A stretch of 64,000 bases of DNA from Sarea resinae. Taxonomy: Eukaryota. The position numbers and the translations under genes were made by a program. Shown here one piece after another: positions 1-16,807 of the stretch. Under the pieces are notes generated by a model. It was not told the origin of the DNA, ran no database searches, and worked only from the letters and a program-made list of their open reading frames with translations. The stretch spans positions 62,001-126,000 of the forward strand of contig JAPEUD010000069.1 of assembly GCA_026026165.1 (NCBI GenBank). Reading direction: 5' to 3'. Positions within the stretch are counted from its first letter, which is position 1. Every line of letters starts with the position of its first letter.

Positions 1-234
1 GATGTTGGGGGTGGTTTTGGGCGGGATGGGTCTCGGGGCGTGAGTGAGTGTATTGGGTGGGTTATTAGGTGGGGACGTGAGGCGTAGGAATGAGAGAGCA
101 ACGGGAGGGGGGAATGTGTCATATCTCTTCCTGCTCGTACCTATCTTGTTTCAATTTCTTTTTGTTCTTTTTTACGTTTTCTTCATCGCTTCTGGGGACT
201 TTTTCCCGGAGTTCTGGGTTCTGCATAAGTAGGT

Positions 235-840
235 AGTTGGGCAGTTAGGCAGCCAGGCAGTTAGGTCGTTAGGAAGGTAGTTAGGTGTCTATATCCATTC
301 TTATTACGCCGCCTGCAGGACTTTGCTAGCAAGAGTAGTGTACTCTATGAATATAGTAGGCTCTTGAGCACAATTGGCTATATAGTAGACTACCTTACGT
401 ACTATATACTAGAGTACAAGGCCCTTGATACAGAGTAGAGTATATCTTATTCTCTTCTATCCTCTCTTCTATCCTCTATTCTATCCCCTATCATTATATC
501 CCACTCTCCTACTATATCCCACCATATCTTACCCACGATACTCTAGTCTACTCTATTCTAGTATATCCTACCTGATCCTATAGTATTTACTAGACAGCTA
601 GTAACTTACATCACACTTACTTACTCACTCTTCTGCCTAGGTAAACCTTTCTTACATAGAAAACTTTTGTATTATCTTGTATATCTTACTTTACTTGACT
701 TTATATCGCTTTATATCGCTTTATATTGCTTTATATTGCTTTACTTTACTTTACTTTACTTTACCTTAAACAACATGATATATAAAGTATAATACACTTT
801 ATACACACCTAGGTCCTTCTTCCTCGATATCGTTTACTTG
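235..840. other. AT-rich, TpA-enriched patch with degenerate tandem repeats (RIP-like)
   Basis: Abrupt low-GC stretch full of TA dinucleotides, with no ORF. Contains TTATATCGCT x2 followed by TTATATTGCT x2, (TTTAC)n and degenerate CTCTTCTATC repeats. Confidence 0.55.
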
Positions 841-1143
841 TACTCTCTTCTTTCTTTCCTCTCTTGCTCCTCTTTCTTGGGCTACAATGAGGCTAGGCTA
901 GGCAGGCGCAAAGAAGATAGATAAAAAGATGGATAGATGGATGGATGGATGGGATTCTCAGATGCCAAGCAGAAATGTACATTCCCCCCCTATGATATCC
1001 GCTCTGCTCTGCTCTGCTCTGCTCTGCCTGCTCTCTCCTGCATCTCTATCACCATGAAAATCACCACCGAATCACCGAACCACTAACGCCTCACTCGCTC
1101 CCTACCCCCGTATCTCACCACCACACTACACAGCCCTCCAAAA

Positions 1144-1747
1144 TCAGTCGCCCATCTCCATGCCGCCGTCCCCTCCGTGACCCATGCCATCCCTGCGATC
1201 TGCATCGCCCGCGGCATGCGTGCCGGGGTCGAGATGCAACATGGCAGCCTGAGCGGCGTGCGCAGCTGCGCGCGTGGCGGCGAATGCCATGGTCTCGGTG
1301 TCGTCTTCGCCGTCATCATTTACGACATGCACGTCTTCGTCGTCGTCTTCATCGGTGGTGGGTGTGTGATGCTGATGCTGACTGTGGTGTTGGGCGGTGG
1401 GATGCTGGGCTACGGGGTCTGCGGTGTCTGGGTCCAAGTCGCCCGGGGCATCCACGTCGATGTCGAGGGACATAGAGAGGGGAAGGGGGAGGTCGGCGTT
1501 CGTGTCTGCATCTGTATCTGTGCGTTGTGACTGGGGTTGCGGGTGGCGGGGAAGGAGATGGGGTTGTTGTTGTTGTTGTTGTTGTTGTTGCTGTTGTAAA
1601 TGAGGATGACGGAGGAGCTGACTGTTGATATTCGTATTGTTTGTACCGGTACTGTTCGTATTGCTGTTGTTGGGGCGGCGGGGTTGCTTATAAGGCTGCG
1701 AAGGGAGCGTCTGCGGCTGCGAGGGTAGGATCTGTTGTGGTTGTGGA

Positions 1748-1779
<32 letters not shown>

Positions 1780-3426
1780 GGATTGACTATGGCTATGGGA
1801 TTGTGGTGGTGGTGGCGGCGCTTGTGGATAGGGTTGTGATTGCTGCAGTTGAGCCTGTGCGGATGCTGCCGATTGATAGTTTGTCAGGTGGTGTTGGACG
1901 TCTTCCATAATTTGCGGGTCGAGCGGCATGTCGGTGTAGTCGGATAGGGATTGCATATTTGCGATGGGCGCGTGATGATGTTGTTGTTGCTGTTGTTGAT
2001 GTTGCTGTTGGCGTTGCTGCTGTTGAATTTGTTGGTGGATCTGTTGTCGCATTTGTTCTTGCATCTGCTCTTGCATCTGCGCTTGCGTCTGCTGCTGCGG
2101 TGACATATCCGGCGTGCCACCGTGTCCAGGCGATCCATGGCCGCTCGAAGATGGTGAGTCGGCACCGAATGATTGCCTTGAGGTAGTCGGTAGACTCAGT
2201 ATTCGACCGGCTGCACTAACGCCGCCTTGGCCGTTGCTGATGACGCCACCATTTGGTCTTTTGACGCCTGGATTCAGGCCCTCGGACCGGCCGACGACGG
2301 GCGCCTTGGCAAGTTCCTTGCAGTCGGTGCAATTGCGGATGACGAGGCTGACTGTCTCTTTGATCCGCACCCAGTGGTATCTTTCTGCGATGGTGGCAGT
2401 GGTTTTGTTGATTCCGCCATGCTGCTGGACGTGAACATCGCGCGCAATTTCGTACTGTCTCTGAGGATCCGAGACGACTTCCTTATCCTTGAGCATCAAT
2501 CTCTCGGAGCCGTCGCCGTTCTCGCTGGGCACAAGCTTGTAGTGAGTCGCTGCGCTGCGGAGGCGGGATTTCTCCGCCCGATCAGCGCCGTTAGGGTATT
2601 TACCGTGTTTGAGGTAGAAGCGGATCTTGTCGAAGCGTTCTTCCGAGACGAAATCTTCTCCTTCGGGTCCCATGTCACGTCCGTAGATTATAGCGTCGAT
2701 GAGTTGGTGGGGATGAGATCGTAGGTTGCCGCAGCCTTTGACGCGGCCGATGCGCTTGAAGCCCAAGGCGTCCCATATCCTGCAAGATGCTACATTGGTT
2801 TCATAGACGAGATTAAAGACAGAGTAGGTATAACCCTGGAAAGAAAGATGTGTGAGCTCCAGAATCTTGTCATAGGAGCTAGAGAGAAAAAGACTGACCA
2901 GCTGGGGCGCCCATTCAATATATCCTTCTCCCATCAGTCGCCCAACACCTCGATTTCTCGAAGCGTCCGTGACCAAGAAACCCCCATTGCACACATGACT
3001 GGACCGTCCTGGGTAATTTGGCTTGATGTAGAAACTTCCCAGACACTCTTTCTCCCAGTCCCTGCCCTCTCTTGCCATCTGCATGACCTCATCCGCAGAC
3101 TCGATATCTCCCAACAGCATGACGGCTCCAAAGTTCTGAAACCAATAGGGCCCGAATGATGCGAGTGGCAATGGAGAGATCATGGGATACGTGTCTCCCT
3201 TCTCGATCTCCTTGTTCAATTGATCACAGAGATACGTCAACAGCGAAACCGGGACTTGTGTCGGCGACGAAAATGGCACCAGGGTTGCGGTTGTGACTCG
3301 ATCTCGCAGCGTGACTTGACGGGGCACAATCTCGGGCGGCAGACCGGATAGAGGATCAGGGTAAGGAGGGGCGCCCGAGGTGCGATAGATGACGGGCGCA
3401 GTAGGATCATCCAGCATTGCCGGCAT
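1144..3426 (-). CDS. SPT10: Spt10-like GNAT histone acetyltransferase with H2C2 zinc-binding domain and poly-Q C-terminal tail
   Basis: MPAMLDDP start (ATG at 3426). GNAT motifs FYIKPNYPGRSSHVCNGGF and RNRGVGRLMGE; H-x3-H...C-x2-C (HVQQHGGINKT...CTDC). One 63-nt in-frame intron at 2836..2898 (GTCAGT...TTCCAG) restores WAPQL|GYTYSVF. Confidence 0.92.
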
Positions 3427-3842
3427 TTTGACTGATATCAATATTGCAATTGGGCCTAGAATATGATCTGCCTTTGAGCGAATTAGCTACGTCGGACGGC
3501 CCAGATTGTGACTGCTGTGCGTATATTGAGCGCATCGCTCCGAACGCCGAGTTTCCCTATCTCCGGCGAGAAATACATGCCTACGAAAATCAATTCCAGC
3601 CGCCTGGCCAGCAAAGGCGGCTCCGGTAGGGCGTGGAGAACGTCAACAGAGTTCCCGATTCGGTATCTATTGAGGGCGTGTGTGTGTGGGTGGGTGTGGG
3701 TGTGGGTGTGACGGGTGTCTTGTTATCGAGTGATGAGATGTTGAAGTGAAGTTCTGAGTCCGACATACGTGTTTTGAGTCTCGGCTCTCTATCCGCGCCC
3801 TGCTGAGTCATCAGATGCCGACCATCAACCATGCTCATGAGC

Positions 3843-3885
3843 AACATCAACATCAACATCAACATCAACATCAACATCAACATCA
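3843..3885. repeat. (AACATC)n hexanucleotide microsatellite
   Basis: About 7 direct copies upstream of SPT10. Confidence 0.95.
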
Positions 3886-4232
3886 ATACCAATTATTCTT
3901 GATCATAGCATCCATCGTAGCTCTCGGATGGACATGATACTGGCACTAGAGATACTTGCTGACTAGCAGGCTTTTCTCATCTCGCGGTTGAATTCGCTGT
4001 TGTTGCTTCTTCAGTTCTCCGATGTCCCGAGCAAGGCTGAACAATGTTGAAGTGTTGACACGGTATGAGCGCCCACGAGGATAAGGCTACGGTGCATAGC
4101 CACGCAAATTGATACCGGTGCAGACTCATCTAAGCAAGCAGTCGTTCGAGGAGCGTAGTCTCCCCTTACGCTCCTCATCCTTTATCTCTCTGAATGAGCT
4201 GAATTGACGCCAAGAGCTTACTTCAAGCGGCC

Positions 4233-6879
4233 ATGGCTTTAGAAGCTGGCAGCAGTGTGGTCGCTTTCCTGGGTCTTGCAGGACAGATTCTCGACGGCGC
4301 GCAACGTCTGTACGATTTTTACTCGAACGCCAAAAATTCATCAGGCTATATGAAAACCCTTTCAACTGAGCTTGACATCCTCATGACTCTCTTAAAGCAC
4401 TTTGAAGCGTCTCGAGATCAGATATTAAGGGACGAGCAGAGCAGAGAAATTGTCGCCAAAGCCTTCAATCACTGCTGGACTAGCGCCCAAATGCTCGAGA
4501 GCTTCACCAAGAGATACCAGTATGCTGCTCCAGATGGCAAGCTCAAACGTCTACGGAAGTCCATGACAATTGCCTTCCGTGGGACTGACTTCGGAGGCCT
4601 TGTGGAAGACTTAGAACGGGCCAGAGGCTTGTTGCAACTGTCATTTGTGTTTAAACTGCTGCGCACTAGTTCAAGAATCCAGAGTATGTCAACAACAACT
4701 TTGGGTGCGCCTAGCGATCTGTGCCTCCAGTTCGAAGCAGTCACGAACGAAGATAGACGGCTTCAAAATGCCGGTCAAGTTCAGACGGCAACTAATTCCA
4801 CACCGATCCCTGACGCAGTAATGGAGCCAGCCCTGTCTATGGCCTTAAGAAATCAATTAGCGGGGGGCATAACCCTGACATCAGCGCCCTCAATTCCAAC
4901 TCGTCTGCCAAAGTCCTTCGTAACAGAAAATTTAGTCCAGCCAAGAGATGCGACGAACAGTTCTGCCGATGAAGCGAGCCATGGTGAATCGTTCAACGTG
5001 AAATCCTCCTCTGGAGTCTTTACTCGAAGGTCGGAGTTTCGTATGAAAAGCTACCACACCTGCGTCGGAACGTTATACATACGGACAACGTCTGTCAAAA
5101 TGCTCTCAGAGGCGTTACCATCAAAAGACTCATCGAAATCAATCGCTTACTACGGCATACAGATGAGGAGCACCTATACAGAAATACTCTTAGTTCCGCG
5201 GTCCTGGCTTTCTAACACAGGTTCTCTTGTGTCGTCCTCTGTCCCCGGCTGGAGTCTTCGTCCTATACGTATTGTTCCTCATGGATCCCCGATTTGGCGA
5301 GCCTGTGAGTCGTTCGACGTTGATGCCGTGCGGAAATTGTTCGAGTATGGTGCGGCATCACCATTTGATGTTGATGAGACTGGAAGGACACTTTTGGAGC
5401 TGGTGTGCATCAAAGCCAAGACGAATTTCCAGAAGCTGAGAAGTACGAACGTGCTTGATGCAAACAAAGCACAGCCGAGTCAGCATAGCGCTCTGGAGCT
5501 CATGGAGTGCCTGGCTAACAGTAGGGTCGATACTAGGAATGCTTTAGGAGAGCTTATGAAACTTAATGAGAACCACGCATACTACAATTGCGCTTCCACC
5601 GATAGCACAGAGATACTAACTAGCCGACGATTTTACCAAAAGATCTGCACCTTAGCTCGTCTTTTCATAAAAGATGCGAAATCCAACCCTTTTGAAGAAG
5701 CACCATTCTCGCATCTTTGTGGACAGAAACCAATGACTGGTCCCTCGACTTTCGTAAATCGCCTTTCTCATTCATTTTTTCGCAGGAGACATATCCCCTC
5801 TATGCCTCCGACCTTGCCTACATCGACTCCTTCAGCCTATATATTCCTCTCGTCCTTGCCACTCCGCCACTATTTCCTATTGAATCATCCATCGATTCTA
5901 TTTCAGGGCGGCTCGACCAGAACTTTACGCTGCTGATCCACTTCATGCGCGCCAGATATGTCTGGCTCAAGCTCTTCCGCCAAGATCACGAATATAGAAA
6001 AGCTAGTAGCGGCCACATGCTAACCATGATGTTCTAACTGGCGAGCAACGTGACCAGTCAGCTCGAGGACCTTGCTGCTGCGGCGCGCAGTAGACCTGAT
6101 ATCGAGAGGCTCGAAAACCTCCCTACGAGGCACGTCATTTGCGTCCTTGCCTTCGTCATCCTCGAGCTAGATGCCAAAAAGCTTAAAGAGGAAAGCAGCC
6201 CTTTTGGCGGTCCAATCCACTTCCGCACCGTGACAGACATTGCCCTCGCTCAGGATAATCTACCCCTCTGGGAAATAGCTCTGAAGCTCGCCGGAAAGGA
6301 CGCCCGCGACGTCATTGACGACTCGCTCTTCGCCGGCTTCCCGGAACTCTTTGACGGTCTGCGCTATGAGTCTCATTCGAATGGGGTCCCATTATCCGGC
6401 TTCGAATACTGTACATGTCCCCGATGTGCGCAGGGCAAAGAGCCGCGTATTTGGTTCCCCCCTGAAGTGCGAGACGGGATCGAGTGCAGAAGAACATCAA
6501 TACACAGACAATCTGGTCGAGCAGCCCCTCGGGGATCGTCATTCGGACTCATAACGACCGAGATGAATTAGTACTGAGTTTGGAAATGTTCGAAGAGCAG
6601 GACGGGGGGAAGGAGGTCATGAATCGACGATCAATCGAGAAATCTGTAGAATTAAAGACGCGATCGGCGAAATGGGCGGAGCAGATGGCAGCCGCACATA
6701 CGACCCGTCGCGAACCACTCTTTACCCCCCTCTTGGCTTGCCTGCCCTGGACCAGCACTCTTGCCGTGGGGTTCGCATACGCCTTTCTGGCTTTCCTACC
6801 CATCACCATCTCCCTAGCCATAGTGACATTCGCCTACACATACTTCTCCGTGCTGACCCTCCGACGCCCGAAAGGCTGA
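4233..6879 (+). pseudogene. Fungal STAND N-terminal (HeLo-like/SesA-type) plus ankyrin-repeat protein, disrupted
   Basis: N-terminus MALEAGSSVVAFLGLAGQILDGAQRLYDF resembles fungal STAND N-terminal helical domains; ankyrin-like SPIWRAC..DVDAVRKLFEYGAASPFDVDETGRTLL. Coding is split over ORFs 4233-5936, 5717-6037, 6050-6571 and 6484-6879: two frameshifts and an in-frame TAA at 6035-6037. C-terminal hydrophobic segment. Confidence 0.6.
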
Positions 6880-7363
6880 AGGAGATCTCGTAAGCGCTGA
6901 GATGTCAGCGTCTGTACTCGTGCGGTTCAGAGGCCTTTCGCCACATTAGATCTTGCATATAGATCTACATTGGCTGATGAACTCACTTTCTCTCTCTCTT
7001 TGGCCAGACAGAGCGAGCAGGTATGTCAAAGTCTTCATTTCAGAGCTACAGCCCAGATATATACCTGATGTGTACGATTCTGAAGAAGCATTAAGGCTGT
7101 TAAAGTCCTAACATCCAGGGATCAATCACTACCATATATGGAGTGCTAGCAGGGGGGTCGGCAAAAGCATCTGAACCGCATGAGTATATGAAGATGAAAA
7201 ACGCTATTGCAATAATCCAGATGGCCTGGATTACATGGCAGAGTAAAGGTGGAGGCTGCGATATTTCACTTGAGTTCCGGATCTAATTTATATCTGTCTT
7301 GGTGTTATTCTTCTAGTATCGTATCCAATCTTCATCATATTTGTTCCTGTTCTTGGTGACGCT

Positions 7364-7394
<31 letters not shown>

Positions 7395-7866
7395 TCATCA
7401 TTGCAGGTGTATCCAGGAAAGGATTTTCCTTCCTTGAGAAACACAGGATTATTCAGTATACCTCTTAGTCCTTTAACGATATGTCTATCTGCTCAATCAA
7501 CAACGCCCCAAAATGCAGTCCTAGTCGCCTCGCCTCGCCTCGCCCTGTGCCTGCGTAAAATGAACCGAAGTAAAAATTGGGAAAGAGAGATAGCCACCCC
7601 CAATCCATCCACCGCTTACGCCGCTCCACCTATCTACAGTAGTAGTACGAAGTACAGTACCAGCCTGAACGAGAATGCCCTTTGTATGTTCCCTCCACCC
7701 ACCAACCCCTCCATCCATTCTCCCCGCTTCCCGGTTCTCTCCGCTTCCTAGCCCCTTTTCCTTCCCACTCTCACCCACCACCAGCAAACACCAAGCAAGC
7801 TCACATCAGCACTAGCGTCAGCATCCCATCCCACCCGATCCCACCAGCATATCACCACCACGGCAA

Positions 7867-12060
<4,194 letters not shown>

Positions 12061-13290
12061 GATCAAGTAGGCAATGATACTCTCGTATAGCAAAACTTAG
12101 AACCGGAGAGATTCCGAAAGAAGAGAAGAAACAACGAGGTAGGAGAGCTGTGAAGGAGCTTCACGAAATATATACTGGAAGCTCCCGGAGATATGGAGCC
12201 AACCAACAAGGAGCTGACCTTCATGGCTAGCAACTAGATTTCGGGGTCTTTTTGTTTTTCAACACCAACATATACAACTACAAGCGGAGCTGTGCAGAGC
12301 TAGGAGCTCGATGAACCCTTTATCCAATGCAGTAAACCGCAACTGAAAATGAAGTGTATTGCCACTGATGCAGTCATTGAGCTGAGATGACTGGTGAACT
12401 TCGTACATCGTAGTACCGCTGAGGCTAGAATGAGGGGAATGAGGGGACGCCATGTTGCGCGAATTTCTGTGATTGCCGCTCGCGCGGAATGAGACAACGG
12501 CATACCGAAAACAGACCAAAAGAAATAAAAGCCTCACGATTACCGAAGGCGTCAATATCTAGCGCTATGCTTGGCCTATCAGCCGAAGGTGAATTACGTC
12601 GGAGGCGTGCATCAATCCTAGCGGTTAAAGGTGGAAGGAAGTGAGCGACGGTAGCGGACAAAGGACTCTGCATATCATATCCGTAGGAAGCGAGGAAACG
12701 GAGAAACGGAGAACCGACGGGCCCTGAATTTCGAGCCGTCATGAATTTTCCGAATGATCGAATAGAATGTGAAGTCCTGGGGGGAAGGCTCCACACATGA
12801 ATGTAATTCATGGGGAAATCTTGCGAAGTGGAGTTTTGCCGGATGCGTGGAGGGGTGCCGAGATACTTTGTGGATCTAACAATTAAGGTAGGGACCTAGG
12901 TAAATAAGGTAGGGGCTTAGACCTTTAGCGCGAGGCATTAATGCCAGGAATGGAAAACATAGCCTGTGTCATGGACCCTGTCAAAGCCTCGACCAGGAGC
13001 CATTCCTGCACCTCTGGACGGCCAATCGATGGAAAAGCTTAGCCTCGACTTCTCCATCACATTCCCTTACTTCTGCACAGATCGCGACACTATGTTGAGT
13101 GAATAGTCTTTTTCCGTGCTTCGTACAAAGCACCTTACCCCACTCGAGCAATCTAGAGAAGTGGGTGAGTGGCGGCACTACGCTAAGGTAGTCAGCAATA
13201 TTTGTGTCAGGTGTGGCTGTCAGAGATGAAAATGACAGACAGATCAACAGGCAGATAAACAAACACAAATACAAATGATAGTCGTATTCA

Positions 13291-16246
13291 TTAGCGATAG
13301 ATTCCATGACTACCGAACCAATTGCCATACCAATCGACCCCTTCTCCTGCTCCTGTGCGCGCTACTCCTCTTACTCCTGGTGGCTTATATCTCTGATCTC
13401 TGCCATCACCAAAGTCGAACCCTGGATCGGCATCCCTAATCACCTTGATCTCACCTCTCCAATGTCCTAGAGAGGCGAGATTCAAGCCTGCTCGGCCCTC
13501 GAGTAGCGCACGTGCGTGGGCGACTTTGCGCGATTGGCGGTATTGGATGAGGGAGGGGAGCGTGGGTATCAATGCACCGATTGGTTGGGATGGGCTCAGA
13601 GTTCGATGGTGACCATGGTGTGGAGATGGGGGGAAGAGAGCCGAATGTGAATTTGGGATTGCTGAAGATAGTGGTGATGGTGGCGAGAGAGGCGAAAACG
13701 TTGAAGGTAGACGGAATGAGACAGATGCTGTCGTGTCCGCCAATGCTGTCGTCATCGTTGTTCTCATCAAGGACGGCCATCTTTTCGGTGGCATGATGGC
13801 CTTGAAAGAAACTTGGTCCCTGAGGTTCGAGTGCCGGGAGCCCGCATTCCTCGCCCTCATCGAAGAAGCTGAAATCGTGCTCTGCGGCCCTCCAGAATGC
13901 TTCAGAATCGGCGTCCTCTGTTGACGATTTGAACTTTGAGTTCTGGGGGCGACGGAAGGTGGAAATAGGTACGATGGTGGTAAGATTTATTGAAGATGGC
14001 GAACTGATAGTTGATGTAGTATTGATGCTCCATTCTGGGCCCATCTCGAGAACGATTGATTTGAGGTAAAAGGGATGGGATTTCTTCTGTGAGGGCTGGT
14101 GAGTTGACTGGATGCTCAGATGGCGACTTCTGGGGCTTTTGTCTTGGTTAGCAACAGCAATTCCCTCTAGTCGAGCTAACTCGTCTTCTGCAGCGCAGTC
14201 TTTTATGAATTGAACAAGTCTGTCGACTACATCATTATGCTCTTCTTCTGTCAAGGTGACGCTGGGTACGTCTTCTAGCACTAAAGTCCGGAGTTTGGGG
14301 AGCATAAACGGACGCAGAGAGTTGATAGTGGGACTGTTGTTTTTTGTGTTCTGGGCACGGAGTAATTTTCTTTGGGCGTCTATCTTGGCAAGCAGCATCT
14401 CGGTCGTCGAGACATGTGTTCCTGGAAGGCTTCGCTGGCCTTTGTCGTGAGTAGTGTTCTGAGCGCTATTATTGCTGCCCAGTGCTTCTGCAGTTGAATC
14501 ATCAATGGGCGTGGGAGTGACTGCCTCAGGGGCAAAGACACTGCCTCGGCGGGCCTTGGGGTGGGCAGGGGACTCAATGGTGACGGCCGGCCGGCTGCTT
14601 TTGGTGGTACAGGGATAGACAAAGTCGCCTGGAAGCTCAAAGCGCTCTTCCACGGTCGAGCCAGGGAGCTCATGGACAGGGGCGGAAAGATGAGTCCTGC
14701 TTCCCGCTCTATTAGTAATATCCAGCTCAGCGGCTTCTCTTTCAGTGTTCATCTCAGCGACGTCTCGTTCAGTATCCAATTCAGCAATTTCTCTTTCAGT
14801 ATCGAGCTCGGCCTGGTCAGGGTTTGCACTCAACTCTGCATAAACCTCTGTGGTAATCCTCGAAGGAAGCAGGTTGAGTAAGTAGGGCGTGATTCACACG
14901 CAAATATACTAGGTTTTCCTGCACGCAGTTGGCTAAGACTGGTGCAAGCTCTCCAGCCCCATGCTCTTCCCAAGGAGCGCTAGACTGTTCCCTTGAAAGA
15001 TTCGTGGGGGTTGTAAGTTCGAGAGAATCAAGAGAACCGCAATCTAGGACAGTAAGCCTTGTTGACTCTAGGAGCTTGCGGATACCGCGGGCTGTGACGT
15101 TAGTGTCTGAGATGTAGAGATGAGTTATGCCAGCTTGCGGGAGGTCTTCGATTGGCAAGCGTCCAACAAAGTCCCCTGTCAAAAGTTTGATAGTTCGCAT
15201 CTCGAGGTCTTCGCCGGTGTATAGGTCAAGCATTTTATCGTCATTGCGAGGGGATATCCCCACTGGCCAATCTTCCTCGGTATGAGAATGAGCACGGGCC
15301 CTTGTGACTGCTGCTGTACCCTGGTTCCGGCGACTCAAAGGGAGAAAGCAGTGCTGTAGAAGCGTGTCTATGGATCTGTTTGTCAAGCTGTTGCTGCTCA
15401 AATCTAGACTTCGCACTCGTAGCTTGATTGCAGCAGCAAGGGCCTCAACTTCTCCATCTCTCAGACCACACTTCCGGAGCTTCAGAATTTGCAGCGAGGG
15501 AAGACGGCCAAGTTGTCGTAAGACGTTAACATTGTTTGCCCCTAGATTAAAGGACAGGTCAAGGTATATGAGATTCGGAAAATGAGGTAATGCCAAAGTC
15601 AAGCTCGACGATGTTGCATTTTCACAAGAAGAAGCAATGAGCAGTCGGGTATCATAAATTGGCCAGCCATCACTATTAGGCAAATGTCGGCCTCTGCTAT
15701 ACAGACACACAGCCTGCACCGCCGCATGGGTCGAAAAATGGCAAGCCGGATACGATCAGAGATTGGAGACTTGGAAGGTTTTCCAAAACATCGCGGAGCC
15801 ACTCTGCATTGGGTCCCCCGTACAGTTCCGATTGAGCGGGTGGCAAGTGGAGAGTGTGAACTAGCTGACGGACGCTCAGGCGCACTCTCGGGAGGGTGCG
15901 TTTGAACCTTGTGAGGGCGACTGATTAATGAAATCAGCTGTTTCCCATTCATGAAAGTTCAAGACTGATCAGGAAATTCCGACTCGGCGCAAAGACTCCT
16001 GAGCATCACGAAGAAAGCCACAGAGATAGCCATCGTCGATAGTGAGGGCACCTTACCATAGACGACATTGTCTTCCGTCCCAAAATGAGCTGCCGGATTC
16101 CCCCAAAGAGATTTGGCAAAGACGTGGTGCCAGTGCTGTGAGACAAGACATGCCGCGCAGAGATCGCTTGAGCGTATGTAGGGCGCGATGACCGCCCAGA
16201 CGTCTGGGTTTGTCGCCGCCTCATATGAGGGCGGGATGTCTTCCAT
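13291..16246 (-). pseudogene. F-box-like/leucine-rich-repeat protein with three +1 frameshifts (pseudogene or assembly error)
   Basis: F-box-like N-terminus (VIAPYIRSSDLCAACLVSQHWH), LRRs (LIYLDLS, LQILKLRKCGL, VRSLDLSSNSL) and C-terminal SSTEDADSEAFW...DFSFF and GHWRGEIKVIR...VDWYGN. One intron at about 15923-16056. The frame shifts by +1 near 15729, 14855 and 13565. Confidence 0.75.
14719..14815 (-). repeat. 27-bp coding tandem repeat (AELDTERE-like, about 4 copies)
   Basis: Translates as QAELDTEREIAELDTERDVAEMNTEREAAELDIT. Confidence 0.85.
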
Positions 16247-16807
16247 TATGTATACGCTTAGCATAGATGAACCCCCTCATCTTTGGAGGAATCGGCGAAG
16301 AAAGAAGTTCTCCGTCTCCAGGCACAATTTTGCATTTGGCTCGCAGGCATTTGGCTCTGCTGCTGCCGCGTCCCGCGCCATCTGCATGATGACGGGCTGC
16401 ATGCTGAGCCTCAAAGCATGGCCTAAAGCGTCCCTGGGTCATTTCATCTCAGCGTGATTCAATTTTAGCCTTGGAGAGGTCGCGGGGTCCAACATGAACC
16501 TAAACGCTCTCATTGGCGACGAAACCTAGGGCGGTCGCGTACCGATGGTCTACAAGTGGAGAACTACTCAATCCAAGTGGGGAAGCCTAAGGTATCCGTC
16601 ACGCGCCGTCAATCTTTGGGGGCCATTACGTCCTTGATCTAGCAGATCTTTGTTGATGTGTATCTGATAGCGAGACTTGTCGAGAAGCCACTATATATAA
16701 TGACTATATTAAAATTCTCCCTTTTCCAAGTGCACCGTTCTGCTATTGACCTATCTCCCAAGATGTACTTCGGCCAAGCTTATCGAGCATTATCTCCTAC
16801 AAGACTT

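Noticed and set aside
1..232. ORF 44..232 (+) and a short K/E-rich minus-strand ORF from ATG at 226
   Set aside because: Both are short and low-complexity with no recognisable motif, and the region is cut by the window edge.
2280..2460. Integrase-like H2C2 motif suggesting an LTR retrotransposon
   Set aside because: It is the known zinc-binding domain of Spt10; there is no RT, RNase H, integrase core or LTR.
6035..6037. Premature stop as an A-to-I editing (stop-correction) site
   Set aside because: The codon is TAA rather than the usual editable TAG, and the gene also has two frameshifts.
14719..14815. Regular repeats as a possible CRISPR array
   Set aside because: They are contiguous in-frame coding repeats with no spacers, in a eukaryotic gene with no cas genes nearby.
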